Source: Candidatus Eiseniibacteriota bacterium (GTDB taxonomy: Bacteria > Eisenbacteria > RBG-16-71-46 > SZUA-252). Taken from it: a stretch of DNA of 64,000 nt. The translations under genes were made by a program, and so were the position numbers. Location of the stretch: contig OY969801.1 of NCBI GenBank assembly GCA_963703225.1, positions 2,528,001 to 2,592,000 of the forward strand. Reading direction: 5' to 3'. The first letter of the stretch is position 1. Every line of letters starts with the position of its first letter. A model generated the notes under the pieces. It ran no database searches and was not told where the DNA came from. It worked only from the letters and a program-made list of their open reading frames with translations. Of this stretch, positions 1 through 9,677 are shown one piece after another.

Positions 1-857
1 AGAAACAGTTCGGCCAGGACCGCGTCTTCAACTCGCCCTTGGCCGAGGCCAACATCGTCGGGCGGGCCATTGGCATGGCCACGCGTGGCGTCAAGCCGGT
101 CGTGGAGATTCAGTTCTTCGACTATATCTGGCCCGCGATGATGCAGATCCGAAACGAGCTATCGATGCTGCGGTGGCGCTCGAACGGCGACTTCTCCTGT
201 CCCGTCGTGATCCGCGTCGCGATCGGTGGCTACCTCCAGGGCGGATCGATCTACCACAGCCAGTCGGGCGAGAGCATCTTCGCCCACTGCCCCGGGCTTC
301 GGATCGTCTTCCCCGCGACCGCGGTCGACGCGAACGGCCTGCTGCGAACCTCCATCCGCTGCGACGACCCGGTGCTCTTCTTGGAACACAAGCACATCTA
401 CCGCCAGCCTTACGCCAAGGGCCAGTACCCCGGACCCAATTACATGGTGCCGTTCGGCAAGGCCCGCGTGGCCCGCGAGGGAACCGATGTCTCCGTGATC
501 ACGTGGGGCGCGACGGTGAACCGGGCGCTCTTGGCCGCGCAGCGCCTGGAGGCGGAAGGGGTGAGCGTCGAGGTGATCGACATGCGGACCCTGCTCCCCT
601 TTGATCGGGAAGCGATCGGGCGGACGGTCGAGAAAACGGCGCGCGCGTTGGTCCTCCACGAGGACGTGCTCACGGGTGGGTTTGGCGGGGAGATCGCGGC
701 GGTCATCGCCGAGCACCACTTCGACTCGCTCGACGCTCCGGTCCGGCGCATCGGCGCCGCCGACACTCCGGTCGGCTACGCGCCCGATCTAGAGGCCGCG
801 ATCCTGCCCCAGGTGGACGGCATCACCGAGGCGATCCGGGAGCTGGCGCGGTACTAG
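1..857 (+). CDS. 2-oxoacid dehydrogenase E1 beta subunit (transketolase-like pyrimidine-binding and C-terminal domains), 5'-truncated by window edge
   Basis: Frame is open from the window start ([20 protein letters not shown]...). Typical E1-beta motifs: [39 protein letters not shown]. Confidence 0.9.
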   Translation, partial: KQFGQDRVFNSPLAEANIVGRAIGMATRGVKPVVEIQFFDYIWPAMMQIRNELSMLRWRSNGDFSCPVVIRVAIGGYLQGGSIYHSQSGESIFAHCPGLRIVFPATAVDANGLLRTSIRCDDPVLFLEHKHIYRQPYAKGQYPGPNYMVPFGKARVAREGTDVSVITWGATVNRALLAAQRLEAEGVSVEVIDMRTLLPFDREAIGRTVEKTARALVLHEDVLTGGFGGEIAAVIAEHHFDSLDAPVRRIGAADTPVGYAPDLEAAILPQVDGITEAIRELARY

Positions 858-889
858 CGGAGCTGCCGGATCGACGCCCGCCTCCGACC

Positions 890-1996
890 TCACGGATTAG
901 CGGATCGTGCAACGTGTGTGACCTGCCGGCGAGTTGCTCCCGTAACATCCCCTGTGTCCTGGATGTAAAGCACGCCGTAGCCCTCGTCATCGGGGTACGT
1001 GTACAGATAGTGCGACCCGTCCCGAGAGATACGGGTTGCCATCAGACGCAAGTCTGCTGGCCATGTTGACGTCGCAGACCCGTCCGCCTCGACAACCCGC
1101 GTTTCATGAATGTTGTAAGAACTCGGATCGTATGACTCGTAGATTATCCGACTCTGGCCCAGAATCCATTCCTGAGAATCCGCAGAGTTCAAAGAAGTGG
1201 GCATGAGATCTTGGTAGTCGTCACCATTGGGCCGGACCGTGTATAGGTGAATTGCGTAGGAACGCCTGCCTTGGTGCTGGAATGTCGTGCCGTACCAGAA
1301 AGCAACACCGGCCGAGTCCGGCGACCAACGGGGCGCTCCCCCGTACGTCGGGTGGCCGTCGTGGAGAAGGGGTCTATCCGTCAATGTGACCGTGTCGACG
1401 ATAAAGATTCCGGCGGAAGTATCAGGTGCGCCATAGCTGAGATCGGGACGGCTGTAGACAATGTAGCGTCCACTCGGATCCCAGTCGCCTGCCTGAGCGT
1501 TCCCATTTGTGAATGTGATCCGCCGCTCAACCTTCGCATCTAGATCGAACACGCCCAGGTCGTAATACCCGCCGTGGGCGTAGGCCAATCGCCTCCCATC
1601 GGGAGAGAAACGCACTCCCCAAGGGTCAGCGTCATTTGGCGAAAATGGCATAATGTACATAGGCTCAGAACCCGGAGCGACCCCAATCACATAGACACCG
1701 GTTGATTGACCTTGTGTGGCGACGTGCCCGTAGACGATGAGACTTTCATCGGGAGATATGTCGTAGGGGAAGTCCACGAAAGCATACTGCCCTGGTGGGC
1801 AAGACGGGCATGGTTGCGGATGTGGCAGCGGATTGAGGGGGGTTCTTGCACATGCGCCAGCGAGCAGCGATGCGATGAACACCAAGCGGCTGGAAGGCAG
1901 GCTGCGCTCCGCATTGGTAGAGGAAGGCTCGTGGCGGACCGAGATCCCGAGGGGTAGGCCACCTATGCCAAATGAATAACCCCGGCCGAGCGCCAA
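890..1996 (-). CDS. TolB-like/PD40 beta-propeller protein, probable lipoprotein (true start probably downstream of 1996)
   Basis: Repeated propeller motifs ISPDES, FSPDGRRLAY, WDPSGRYIVY, WSPDS, ISRDGSH. Hydrophobic stretch ends in lipobox-like LLAGA|C. Confidence 0.7.
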   Translation of the reverse strand: MALGRGYSFGIGGLPLGISVRHEPSSTNAERSLPSSRLVFIASLLAGACARTPLNPLPHPQPCPSCPPGQYAFVDFPYDISPDESLIVYGHVATQGQSTGVYVIGVAPGSEPMYIMPFSPNDADPWGVRFSPDGRRLAYAHGGYYDLGVFDLDAKVERRITFTNGNAQAGDWDPSGRYIVYSRPDLSYGAPDTSAGIFIVDTVTLTDRPLLHDGHPTYGGAPRWSPDSAGVAFWYGTTFQHQGRRSYAIHLYTVRPNGDDYQDLMPTSLNSADSQEWILGQSRIIYESYDPSSYNIHETRVVEADGSATSTWPADLRLMATRISRDGSHYLYTYPDDEGYGVLYIQDTGDVTGATRRQVTHVARSANP

Positions 1997-2047
1997 AGGT
2001 GCATCAATCGTCGAATGGGCTGTTGGTGAGACGCCTTGAGCGCAGCT

Positions 2048-3525
2048 CTACAGATCGGCTTCCCCCACCCTCTCGAACCGCCCACCGTTCGCGCGGACGC
2101 GACCCTCGTTGACGAGCTTGTCGAGATGGGCACGGAGCGTCTTCGCGGCAACCTCGGGCGCTGCGTCCGGGGTGTCGGCATAGACCCGCACCAGCAATTC
2201 CCGCTCGTCCAGCGGGCCCTTCTCCAGCTCGCGGAGAATGCGCGCCTCCCGTAGCCTCCGGTGCTCGATGAGCGCCTCGAGCGCGCGCGCGACGCCGCGG
2301 TTGGGCGGGCCGTGGCCCGGGATCAGCGTGCGGATGTCCATCGACTGGAGCCGGGTGAGCGAGGCAACATAGTCGGCCATGCCACCGTCGGCCGGATCAA
2401 TGACCACCGTTCCCAGCCCCGAAACCAAGTCCCCGGCGATCAGGGTCCTCGAGGTCTCTTCCAGAAACGCGAGATGGGACCGACTGTGCCCCGGCGTCTC
2501 GAAAACCCGTACGCGCCGCGGATGGCGGCCGGCGACCTCGATCACGTCCCCTTCGTGTAGCTCCCGATCCAAACGCACGCGGTCCGAGACGAGCGCGTGG
2601 GCCCAGACCGGCGCCCCGTAGCGCGCGCACACCGCCTCGACGCCGCCCAGGTGATCGCGGTGGCGGTGCGTGAGCAGGATCGCGATCGGCTTTCGCCCAG
2701 AAATCAGCGCTTCGTCGACCACGCGGTAAAGCGCTTCCAGCTCCCCGGGGTCCGGCGCTCCCCGGATCGCACGATGAGAACATCGCCGTCGCCGACCACG
2801 ACCGCGTTCGTGTGCGTCGCGGGTGGGATCGTGTCGGTCTTGAGGGGAACCATCGTGATCGCCGGACGCACGTGGACGTGTCGCGACGGCACGCCGTTGG
2901 CCTCGGGGATCTCGAAGAGTCGCGCCGGCAAATCGTGCGCGCCCTCATGGAGGATCCGGATCGCGTGGAGCGTCGGCATCGCGAGCACGACCCGGTCCTC
3001 TTCCCAAAGCTCAAGCGCGCGCCTCGGCTCGACCCATTCCCCCGACTCGAGCTCGCCCGGCCAGACATCGGGGGCGCGCTTTTCCCTCACGTCGATCAGA
3101 TAGAAATTGGTGTTGAACCGCGCGCGGCTGAAATGGGGCGTGATCCAGCGGCCGGATGGAACGTAGACGGTGGGGTCAAGCTTCAATCCCCACTGCTCCG
3201 CGGTCGGCCAGAACTCCATCTTGCCGGCCAAGACCTCGCGCCGCGCCCGCGCCTGCTCCGAAGCCGGCGGTGGAGTTCCAACGAAGCCGACCAAAAGTCC
3301 GGTCTCCTCGAACGTCTCGCGGGCGGCGCAGCGCGCCATCGTGTAGAGCAAAGCCGCTTCGTCGCCGTCCAATCGACCGTCCTCGCGGGCGTGCCGGCCG
3401 CCGGGAAACGAGTGGAATCCGCCCAGAAACGGATTCGCCTCGGACCGCCGGACCCACAGGAGCTCCAACGGCGGCCCGCGGTGGATCGCGATCACGCTGG
3501 CGGCGGGACGCAGCGTCGGGTTCAT
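2048..3525 (-). CDS. NUDIX hydrolase - metallo-beta-lactamase (LACTB2-like) fusion with C-terminal winged helix; interrupted by indels near 2755-2770
   Basis: ATG at 3525 overlaps the upstream stop (ATGA). NUDIX part has FPGG...AARETFEETG. MBL part has THRHRDHLGG, TPGHS, AGD, PGHG. Removing two extra bases restores ...VLIVDPGSADPGELEALYRVVDEAL.... Confidence 0.8.
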
Positions 3526-4430
3526 TCCAGGAGAACCGGTGGCAGCGATTCCCGGAGCGCCCGGATGTGGTCGGGACCGGTGCCGCAGCAGCCACCGACG
3601 ATCTGGGCCCCCCGGCGGAGCCACTCCTGCGCCGAGCCGGCGAAGCGCTCGGGGCTCATGGAGGGATCGAATTGCCAGGTCCCCTTGGCCATCTCCGGCG
3701 TCCCCGCGTTGGGGTAGCAGCCGATCGGGAGCGAGGTGGCTCGGGACATCGCGTCGAGGCAGAGGGGCATGACGTCGACAGGCGTGCAGTTGACGAGCAC
3801 GGCGTCGGCGCCGATGGCCTCGACGCCGCGGACCGCATCGGCGAGCAGCTCTCCTCCCAGAATCTCCGATCCATTCCGGCAGATGAAGCTGGCCAGGACG
3901 AGGAGCCCTGTCTTCTTGGCCGCGCGCACCGCCGCGACGGCTTCCCGGATCGTGCCCATGGTCTCCACGAGCAATAGCTCCGCTCCCGCCCGCGCCAGCC
4001 GCTCCGCCTGTTCGGCATGCTCCCGATCGGCCGCCAGAGCGGGCGGGACCAGCTCGGGCGCGTAGCAATCCTCGAGCGGGGCCATGGAGCCAGCGACAAA
4101 AACCTCTCTCCCGCCGCCGACCCGCTCCCGCGCTTCGACGCAGAGCGCGATCGCCGCCCGGGTGAGCCGGTCCGCGTCGGCCGCCATCCCAGCCTTTCCG
4201 AGCGCGCGGGGCGTGGTCCGGAACGTCGCCGCGGTCAGGATATCGGCGCCCGCCCGAACGTAGTCCTCGTGAACCTCACGGACCCGATCCGGCGAGTCCC
4301 GAACAGCCTGGGCGCTCCAGAGCGGGAGCTGGGTCGAAACCCCGCGCCGCTCCAGCTCCGTGCCGAGCGCGCCGTCCAGGAGAATGATCTCGCCCCGAGT
4401 GAGCTGCGTGCTGAGCGGGCTTGGAAGCAT
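3522..4430 (-). CDS. Homocysteine S-methyltransferase family protein
   Basis: LLDGALGTEL, YVRAGADI, VNC, YPNAG and IVGGCCGTGPDHI (Zn-binding cysteines). Confidence 0.9.
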   Translation of the reverse strand: MLPSPLSTQLTRGEIILLDGALGTELERRGVSTQLPLWSAQAVRDSPDRVREVHEDYVRAGADILTAATFRTTPRALGKAGMAADADRLTRAAIALCVEARERVGGGREVFVAGSMAPLEDCYAPELVPPALAADREHAEQAERLARAGAELLLVETMGTIREAVAAVRAAKKTGLLVLASFICRNGSEILGGELLADAVRGVEAIGADAVLVNCTPVDVMPLCLDAMSRATSLPIGCYPNAGTPEMAKGTWQFDPSMSPERFAGSAQEWLRRGAQIVGGCCGTGPDHIRALRESLPPVLLE

Positions 4431-4477
4431 CCGTTGGGTCTCTCGGGGGGTACCCGACGCGCCGGGATACCGAGGGG

Positions 4478-5674
4478 TCAGCCCCCGGCCGTCGCCTCAT
4501 CGGGAGGGTTCAGGCCATGGAACTGCATCAGCTCCTCGATCACCGCCCGGCGGCGGCGGAGAATCGATGTCATGGAAGTGTATCCATATCGCAGCAGCTG
4601 TTCCCGCTCCGAGTAGCTCATCGTGTGGTGGAGGAACATCATCGCTTCGCTGGAGGAAGGCTCGATCCGGTACAGCTTCACGTCGGGATACTCCGCCTGA
4701 CACCGGCGGATCTCGCCGTCGAGCCTCACCCGGGTCTCGATGCGCGAAGCCTGATCCTGAATGAACGACATCCCCTTTTCGCGGATGGTCGCGCACTTGC
4801 CATCGCCGCGCGGAAGGCAGACCGTCTGACGGTCGTTGGATATGTTGACGAGCGGGTTGATGATGAGGATCGTCGAGGCCCCGGCGCGGAGCGCCACGTC
4901 GAGGTGCGCCACCTTTCCGGTCGATCCGTCGATGTAGTCGCGCCCCTCGATGCTGACCGGGCGGAAGAGGAGCGGAATGGCCGACGAAGCGGCGACCGCC
5001 TGGGAGATCGACACTTTGGAGCCTTCCACGTTGGAGAAAACGCGCCGGGTTCCAAGGTCGAGATCGGTCGCCGGGACGTAGAGCTCCTTGTCCAGACCGT
5101 CGAACGAATCGGTCTTCCCGTTGGCTTCGAAGATGCGCGCCAGCAGTCTTTGGTAGTTGTCGAGCGAGAAAACCCCGGCAGGCAGGCGCTCTTCGATGTA
5201 GTGCATGAAATCGAAGGGCGACGGGCGCTGCCCGATTTTCACGCATCGGATGAAGTATCCCGGAATGGAGAGGACCACGCCGACGGCGGAGCCGAGGATG
5301 GCCCAGCGATTCACGTCGTACATGTCGTTCCGGCGAAACTGGAGCGTGGGGTCCGCGTTGGTCAAGAGGCCCCAGTAGATCTTCCGGGCGGGGATCCCCT
5401 TGGCGAGGAGTGCTGAGACCGTCGCCCCGGCGCTCACGCCGATGTGAATGTCGAAGCCGGTGCTGGAGAAATCGAATCCGAGAAAGTCGTCGAGGGCGGC
5501 GAGACAGCCGATCTCGAAGAAGGCGCCGGAGAGCCCGCCGCCGGAGAGGCTGAGGCAGATCTTCTTTCGTTCGGGGGGCGCTCCACCGCGGGAACGGAAC
5601 GATGGCCAACTCGATTTGGACGGTGTCTCGGGGCGGCCTGCGCCGCGCAGCGGCTCGGGATCGGGGATCGTCAT
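4478..5674 (-). CDS. Patatin-like phospholipase
   Basis: Oxyanion motif SGGGLSG, nucleophile GVSAG, ASSAIP, YIDGS. ATG at 5674 overlaps the SDR stop (ATGA). Confidence 0.85.
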   Translation of the reverse strand: MTIPDPEPLRGAGRPETPSKSSWPSFRSRGGAPPERKKICLSLSGGGLSGAFFEIGCLAALDDFLGFDFSSTGFDIHIGVSAGATVSALLAKGIPARKIYWGLLTNADPTLQFRRNDMYDVNRWAILGSAVGVVLSIPGYFIRCVKIGQRPSPFDFMHYIEERLPAGVFSLDNYQRLLARIFEANGKTDSFDGLDKELYVPATDLDLGTRRVFSNVEGSKVSISQAVAASSAIPLLFRPVSIEGRDYIDGSTGKVAHLDVALRAGASTILIINPLVNISNDRQTVCLPRGDGKCATIREKGMSFIQDQASRIETRVRLDGEIRRCQAEYPDVKLYRIEPSSSEAMMFLHHTMSYSEREQLLRYGYTSMTSILRRRRAVIEELMQFHGLNPPDEATAGG

Positions 5675-6465
5675 CGAGCCCTGGGGTATCGAAAGAGCGC
5701 GTTCACCAGTCGGTCCGACAGACCCGGCATGGCAACATTCAAGACCGCGAGCCAGTGGTTGCGAGTTGGAATGTAGATCTCCGCGGGGTGATTGTGGAGC
5801 GCCCGCTCCACCGCCTGAGCCACCTGCTCCGGCTTGAGGACCGTCCCCGCCGGGCCAACGCCCAGGGCGCGCTTCCGTCCCGCCCGGTCGAGAAATTCCG
5901 TTTCCACGGCCGCTGGAACGATGAGGGTGACCCGGATGCCGAGCGGCTTGAGCTCGCGCCGCCACCCTTCCGTCAACCCGACGAGGCCGAACTTGCTGGC
6001 GTTGTAATAGGAATAGTAGGGCGCGCCCACCCGTCCCGCGAAGCTCGCGATGTTGACGATCGCGCTCCCCTCCCGCGACCGGAGCGCGGGAAGCGCCGCG
6101 CGGGTCATGCGGCAGACGCCGGACAAGTTCACGTCGATCTGTTCCAGAATCTCCTCATCCGTGGCCTCGGCCACCGCTCGCAGGTACCCCACCCCGGCGC
6201 AGTTCACCAGCGCGTCAAGGCTACCCAACCCCGCCGTCACCGCCGCGACCGCGCGCGAGGCGTCGGCCGATTGGCGGACGTCGCCCGCGACGATCAGCGC
6301 GTGGGCGCCCGACTTCTCCACCTCCGCCGCGAGAGCCCGGAGCGGCTCCTCGCGCCGCGCGAAGAGCGCGAGGCTGGCACCCCTCTTGGCCAGACGGAGC
6401 GCCACGGCGCGCCCGATTCCCCCCGACGCGCCGGTCAGGAGGACGACGCGATTCTTAACGTCCAC
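5671..6465 (-). CDS. Short-chain dehydrogenase/reductase (SDR)
   Basis: TGASGGIG, LVNCAG, catalytic YNASK. Confidence 0.92.
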   Translation of the reverse strand: MDVKNRVVLLTGASGGIGRAVALRLAKRGASLALFARREEPLRALAAEVEKSGAHALIVAGDVRQSADASRAVAAVTAGLGSLDALVNCAGVGYLRAVAEATDEEILEQIDVNLSGVCRMTRAALPALRSREGSAIVNIASFAGRVGAPYYSYYNASKFGLVGLTEGWRRELKPLGIRVTLIVPAAVETEFLDRAGRKRALGVGPAGTVLKPEQVAQAVERALHNHPAEIYIPTRNHWLAVLNVAMPGLSDRLVNALFRYPRAR

Positions 6466-8571
6466 TCATCGGACCCCGGCCATCGCCGGCTCCGCCGTCG
6501 CCCCGCTCTTGGCGAATTTCGCTCCCCCGGGCATCAGGTATCGGGTGAACCATTCGCGCATGACGTGGAGGCGCGCCAGTCGGCGTGAGGGGGTGCCGCC
6601 CCGGGAGAGGCCGTGGCTCTCCGCGGGGAAGAGCACCATCTCCACCTCACGTCGGAGCGCCTTGAGGGTCTTGTAGAGTATCTCCGCCTCGGAAATCGGG
6701 CACCGATGATCTTGAAGACTGTGGGTGATCAGGAGCGGCGTCGTGATCTTGTCGGCGTAGGCGAGCGGCGATTGCCGCCAGAGATCCTCGGAGGTCATGT
6801 TCCATGGCTCATCGCCAAACTCGAGCGGCGAGCCGCCGAGATCGTCGCTCGCCAAGAGGAGCGTGGAAATCGTGACGACGGAGCGCTGGGTGAGCGCCGC
6901 CTTGAATCGCTCGGTGTGCCCGACGATCCAATTCGTCATGTAGCCGCCGTAGGAGCCGCCGGTCACCCCCAAGCGCTCGGGATCGATCTCCGGGTGGCGG
7001 CGGAGCGCCTCGTCGACGACGAGCATCAGATCGTCAAACGCGGGGCCTCCCCAGTCCTTGACGATCGCCTGGCTGAATTTCTCGCCATAGCCCAACCCGC
7101 CTCGCGGATTCGAGAAAAGCACGTAGAAGCCGGCGTTGGCGAACATTTGGAATTCGTAGAAGAAGCAGGCGCCCCACTGGATGCGAGGCCCGCCATGAAT
7201 TTCAAGGATCATTGGGTGTTTCTTCTTCGGATCGGCGTTCGGCGGCTTGAGAAGCCACGCCTGGACCTTGTGTCCTTCCGGCGCCGTGACCCAGAACTCC
7301 TCTGGCTCGGCGATCGTGAGCGAAGCGAAGAGATCGCGGTTCGGCTCGGCCAGCGGCTGGAGCGCGCGCCGCTTGAAATCGAACCGGGCGACCGTGCCGG
7401 CATCGGCGTGGCCGCAGCGAATCACCGCCAGGTCGTCCGTCCCTGGGGAGCCGGCCATCGCCATGATGCGGAGCATTCCCTCCGTCAGCCGCTCCGGCGC
7501 TCCGCCGTTCGCCGGAATGGAATTGATGTGGACGGACCCCGAGTCGGTCGACTGGAAGTAGAGCTTCGATCCGTCCCGACTCCAGATCGGCCTCGACGCA
7601 TCATGGGAATCGTTGAGGTCGCTCCCCATGGCATCGACCGCCATGCGGTCGTAGCTCGGGATGAGATCCCGCGCCGCGCCGCCCTCGGCTGGCACGACCC
7701 ATATGTGCGCGTTCCACCAACCCCACCAGTCGTTCTCCTTGGCGTGGCCGACGAACGCGATCTTCTTTCCGTCCGGAGACCACGCCGGGCAGACCGCCAC
7801 GCCCGGCTGAGGGGTGAGATTCCTGGCCTCGCCTCCGGCGGAGGGCATGATCCAGATATCGGAAACGACGTAGTAGTTGTAGTCGTTGTCGGGCTCCCGG
7901 TTGGCGGAGAAGGCGAGCCATTTGCCGTCGGGAGACCAAACGGGCGGCTCGTGGTCGTACGGACCGTCCGTCAAGGCGCGCACTTCCCGCGTCGCGACGT
8001 CGAGCACGTGGATCTGGGCGCGCGCCTGAGGCAAGAATCCCTGGCCGTCAAACTTGTACCGAAGCCGCGTGATCCGCATGTAGCTGGGCGGCGGCAGGTC
8101 CTTCTTCTCGGTCTTTGCTTCCACCGCCTTCTTGAGGGAGACGCTCCCCGGGAGGTGCCCCGTGTCGGCAGGATCGTTCGGCGTGAAGACGAACGAAAGC
8201 TTCGTGCCGTCCGGCGACCACGCCAACCCCCCCGGCCCGCCATCGAGATCGGTGAGCCGCTCCGCCTCGCCGCCGTCCAAAGGCAGGCGGTAGATCTGCG
8301 GCTTCTTGTCCTTCCGGTCCGAGATGAACGCGAGCCACCTGCCGTCCGGGCTAAACGCCGCGCCCATGTTCTTGCTCTCGCCGTGGGTCAGGCGGCGGGG
8401 CTCTCCGCCCGCCATCGGCACGAGCCAGAGATGCGACTGGTATCCGTCCTTCTCTGCGTCGATCGTCCGGACCGTGTAGACGATCCGGCCGCCATCGGGA
8501 GAGAGGGTCACCGCGTCGACGAACTGCATCCTGAAGAGATCTTCGGGCTGTAGCGTGCGTGGCGTGGCCAT
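6466..8571 (-). CDS. S9 family peptidase (acylaminoacyl/dipeptidyl peptidase) with N-terminal beta-propeller
   Basis: Repeated (W/F)SPDG propeller motifs, IHGGP, nucleophile GGSYGG, Asp in QDHRC, His in ESHGLSR. Confidence 0.93.
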   Translation of the reverse strand: MATPRTLQPEDLFRMQFVDAVTLSPDGGRIVYTVRTIDAEKDGYQSHLWLVPMAGGEPRRLTHGESKNMGAAFSPDGRWLAFISDRKDKKPQIYRLPLDGGEAERLTDLDGGPGGLAWSPDGTKLSFVFTPNDPADTGHLPGSVSLKKAVEAKTEKKDLPPPSYMRITRLRYKFDGQGFLPQARAQIHVLDVATREVRALTDGPYDHEPPVWSPDGKWLAFSANREPDNDYNYYVVSDIWIMPSAGGEARNLTPQPGVAVCPAWSPDGKKIAFVGHAKENDWWGWWNAHIWVVPAEGGAARDLIPSYDRMAVDAMGSDLNDSHDASRPIWSRDGSKLYFQSTDSGSVHINSIPANGGAPERLTEGMLRIMAMAGSPGTDDLAVIRCGHADAGTVARFDFKRRALQPLAEPNRDLFASLTIAEPEEFWVTAPEGHKVQAWLLKPPNADPKKKHPMILEIHGGPRIQWGACFFYEFQMFANAGFYVLFSNPRGGLGYGEKFSQAIVKDWGGPAFDDLMLVVDEALRRHPEIDPERLGVTGGSYGGYMTNWIVGHTERFKAALTQRSVVTISTLLLASDDLGGSPLEFGDEPWNMTSEDLWRQSPLAYADKITTPLLITHSLQDHRCPISEAEILYKTLKALRREVEMVLFPAESHGLSRGGTPSRRLARLHVMREWFTRYLMPGGAKFAKSGATAEPAMAGVR

Positions 8572-8588
8572 GTTGTTCTCCTGGTCTC

Positions 8589-9677
8589 CTACCGTTTGCC
8601 CGATTGGAATCGAGCAATCTGCTCTTTCAGATAGTTATCGTTCGGCGCGAGCGCGAGGGCTTGGGTCTCCACTTCGATCGCTTTCTCCTTGTTTCCCATC
8701 CGGAAATGAACCTCCGCCAGCGTGTCGAGGATACCCGACTCCTTGGGCTCCAGCGCCACCGCGCGCTCGGCCGCCTGAAGCGCCTCGGCCAGGTAGATGT
8801 CGTTGGTGGCGCAGGTCCACGCCAACCCGTTCAGGTTCGAGGCGTCGTTCTCGCCGCGCTCGAGGGCGCGATGGAGCGCCTCGCCTACCCGTTCCCGCTC
8901 TACTCGGGCAAGATCCTTGCGCCCCGCCTTGTCGTACGCCTCGGCGAAGCGCAGATGCGCCTCCGCTAGTTTGGTCGCCTCACAGATTCCGAAGACCCGC
9001 CGGAGCTCCCGGATCGGATCCTTGCTGTCCTCGACGCGAAGATCGATGTAACGGGTCCGGTATTCGGGATACTCGTCGCTCGGCCTCACCACGAGAAGCG
9101 CCGCCGACTGCATGCCGCGCTTGTCGCCGCCCGGCCGCCTGCCCGGCATCAAGCGCAGCGAGGAGCCGTGCGGCCAGTTCCCCCGGCGTCGAGAGGAAGG
9201 CGCGCTCCATCTCGGCCACCACCGCCTCGCCCGGCAAGAATGTTTCCCTGAATCGAGTATCCCGTTCCGGTGCGGTGTCCCGCCCACGACGAGCAATCCC
9301 TTCCCGTGTGGGCCGCGCTCCGGCTCCTGCGTGTCGACAACTCCAACCTGGCGGTGCGCGCTTCCCGAGTCCGCGTCGATCAGCGCCCGCAGGACCTCCG
9401 GCGCCGATTTCCCCTGCCGCAGCATCGCGAGGCCCAGTGGGCCGAACGATTCGTTCGTCGACGCCTGGGTCGCGATCGCGCCGACGCCTCCCTCGGCCCA
9501 GGGGACCGCCATCCCCACGCTGAAGGCGCGCGATTGAACGGCCACGCCCAATTCCTGGGTCACCGAGTCGTAGGCCACGATCGAAAAGGTCGCGGCGGCC
9601 GGCGAGGCCTGAAACAGGACGGCCGCGGCCGCGACCAGGAGAAGCCGCGGGATCAAGCCCGCGCGGGCTCGCCTCAC
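8589..9677 (-). CDS. DUF1028 (Ntn-hydrolase fold) secreted protein with C-terminal TPR; compensating indels near 9130-9330
   Basis: Signal peptide followed by TFSIVAYD...GVAVQS...GAIATQA, GGDKRGMQSAAL, DLRVED and a TPR tail (ILDTLAEVHFR). The middle segment (QGNIL, RLLAALDAGQAAG) lies in other frames. Confidence 0.8.
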   Translation of the reverse strand: MRRARAGLIPRLLLVAAAAVLFQASPAAATFSIVAYDSVTQELGVAVQSRAFSVGMAVPWAEGGVGAIATQASTNESFGPLGLAMLRQGKSAPEVLRALIDADSGSAHRQVGVVDTQEPERGPHGKGLLVVGGTPHRNGILDSGKHSCRARRWWPRWSAPSSRRRGNWPHGSSLRLMPGRRPGGDKRGMQSAALLVVRPSDEYPEYRTRYIDLRVEDSKDPIRELRRVFGICEATKLAEAHLRFAEAYDKAGRKDLARVERERVGEALHRALERGENDASNLNGLAWTCATNDIYLAEALQAAERAVALEPKESGILDTLAEVHFRMGNKEKAIEVETQALALAPNDNYLKEQIARFQSGKR

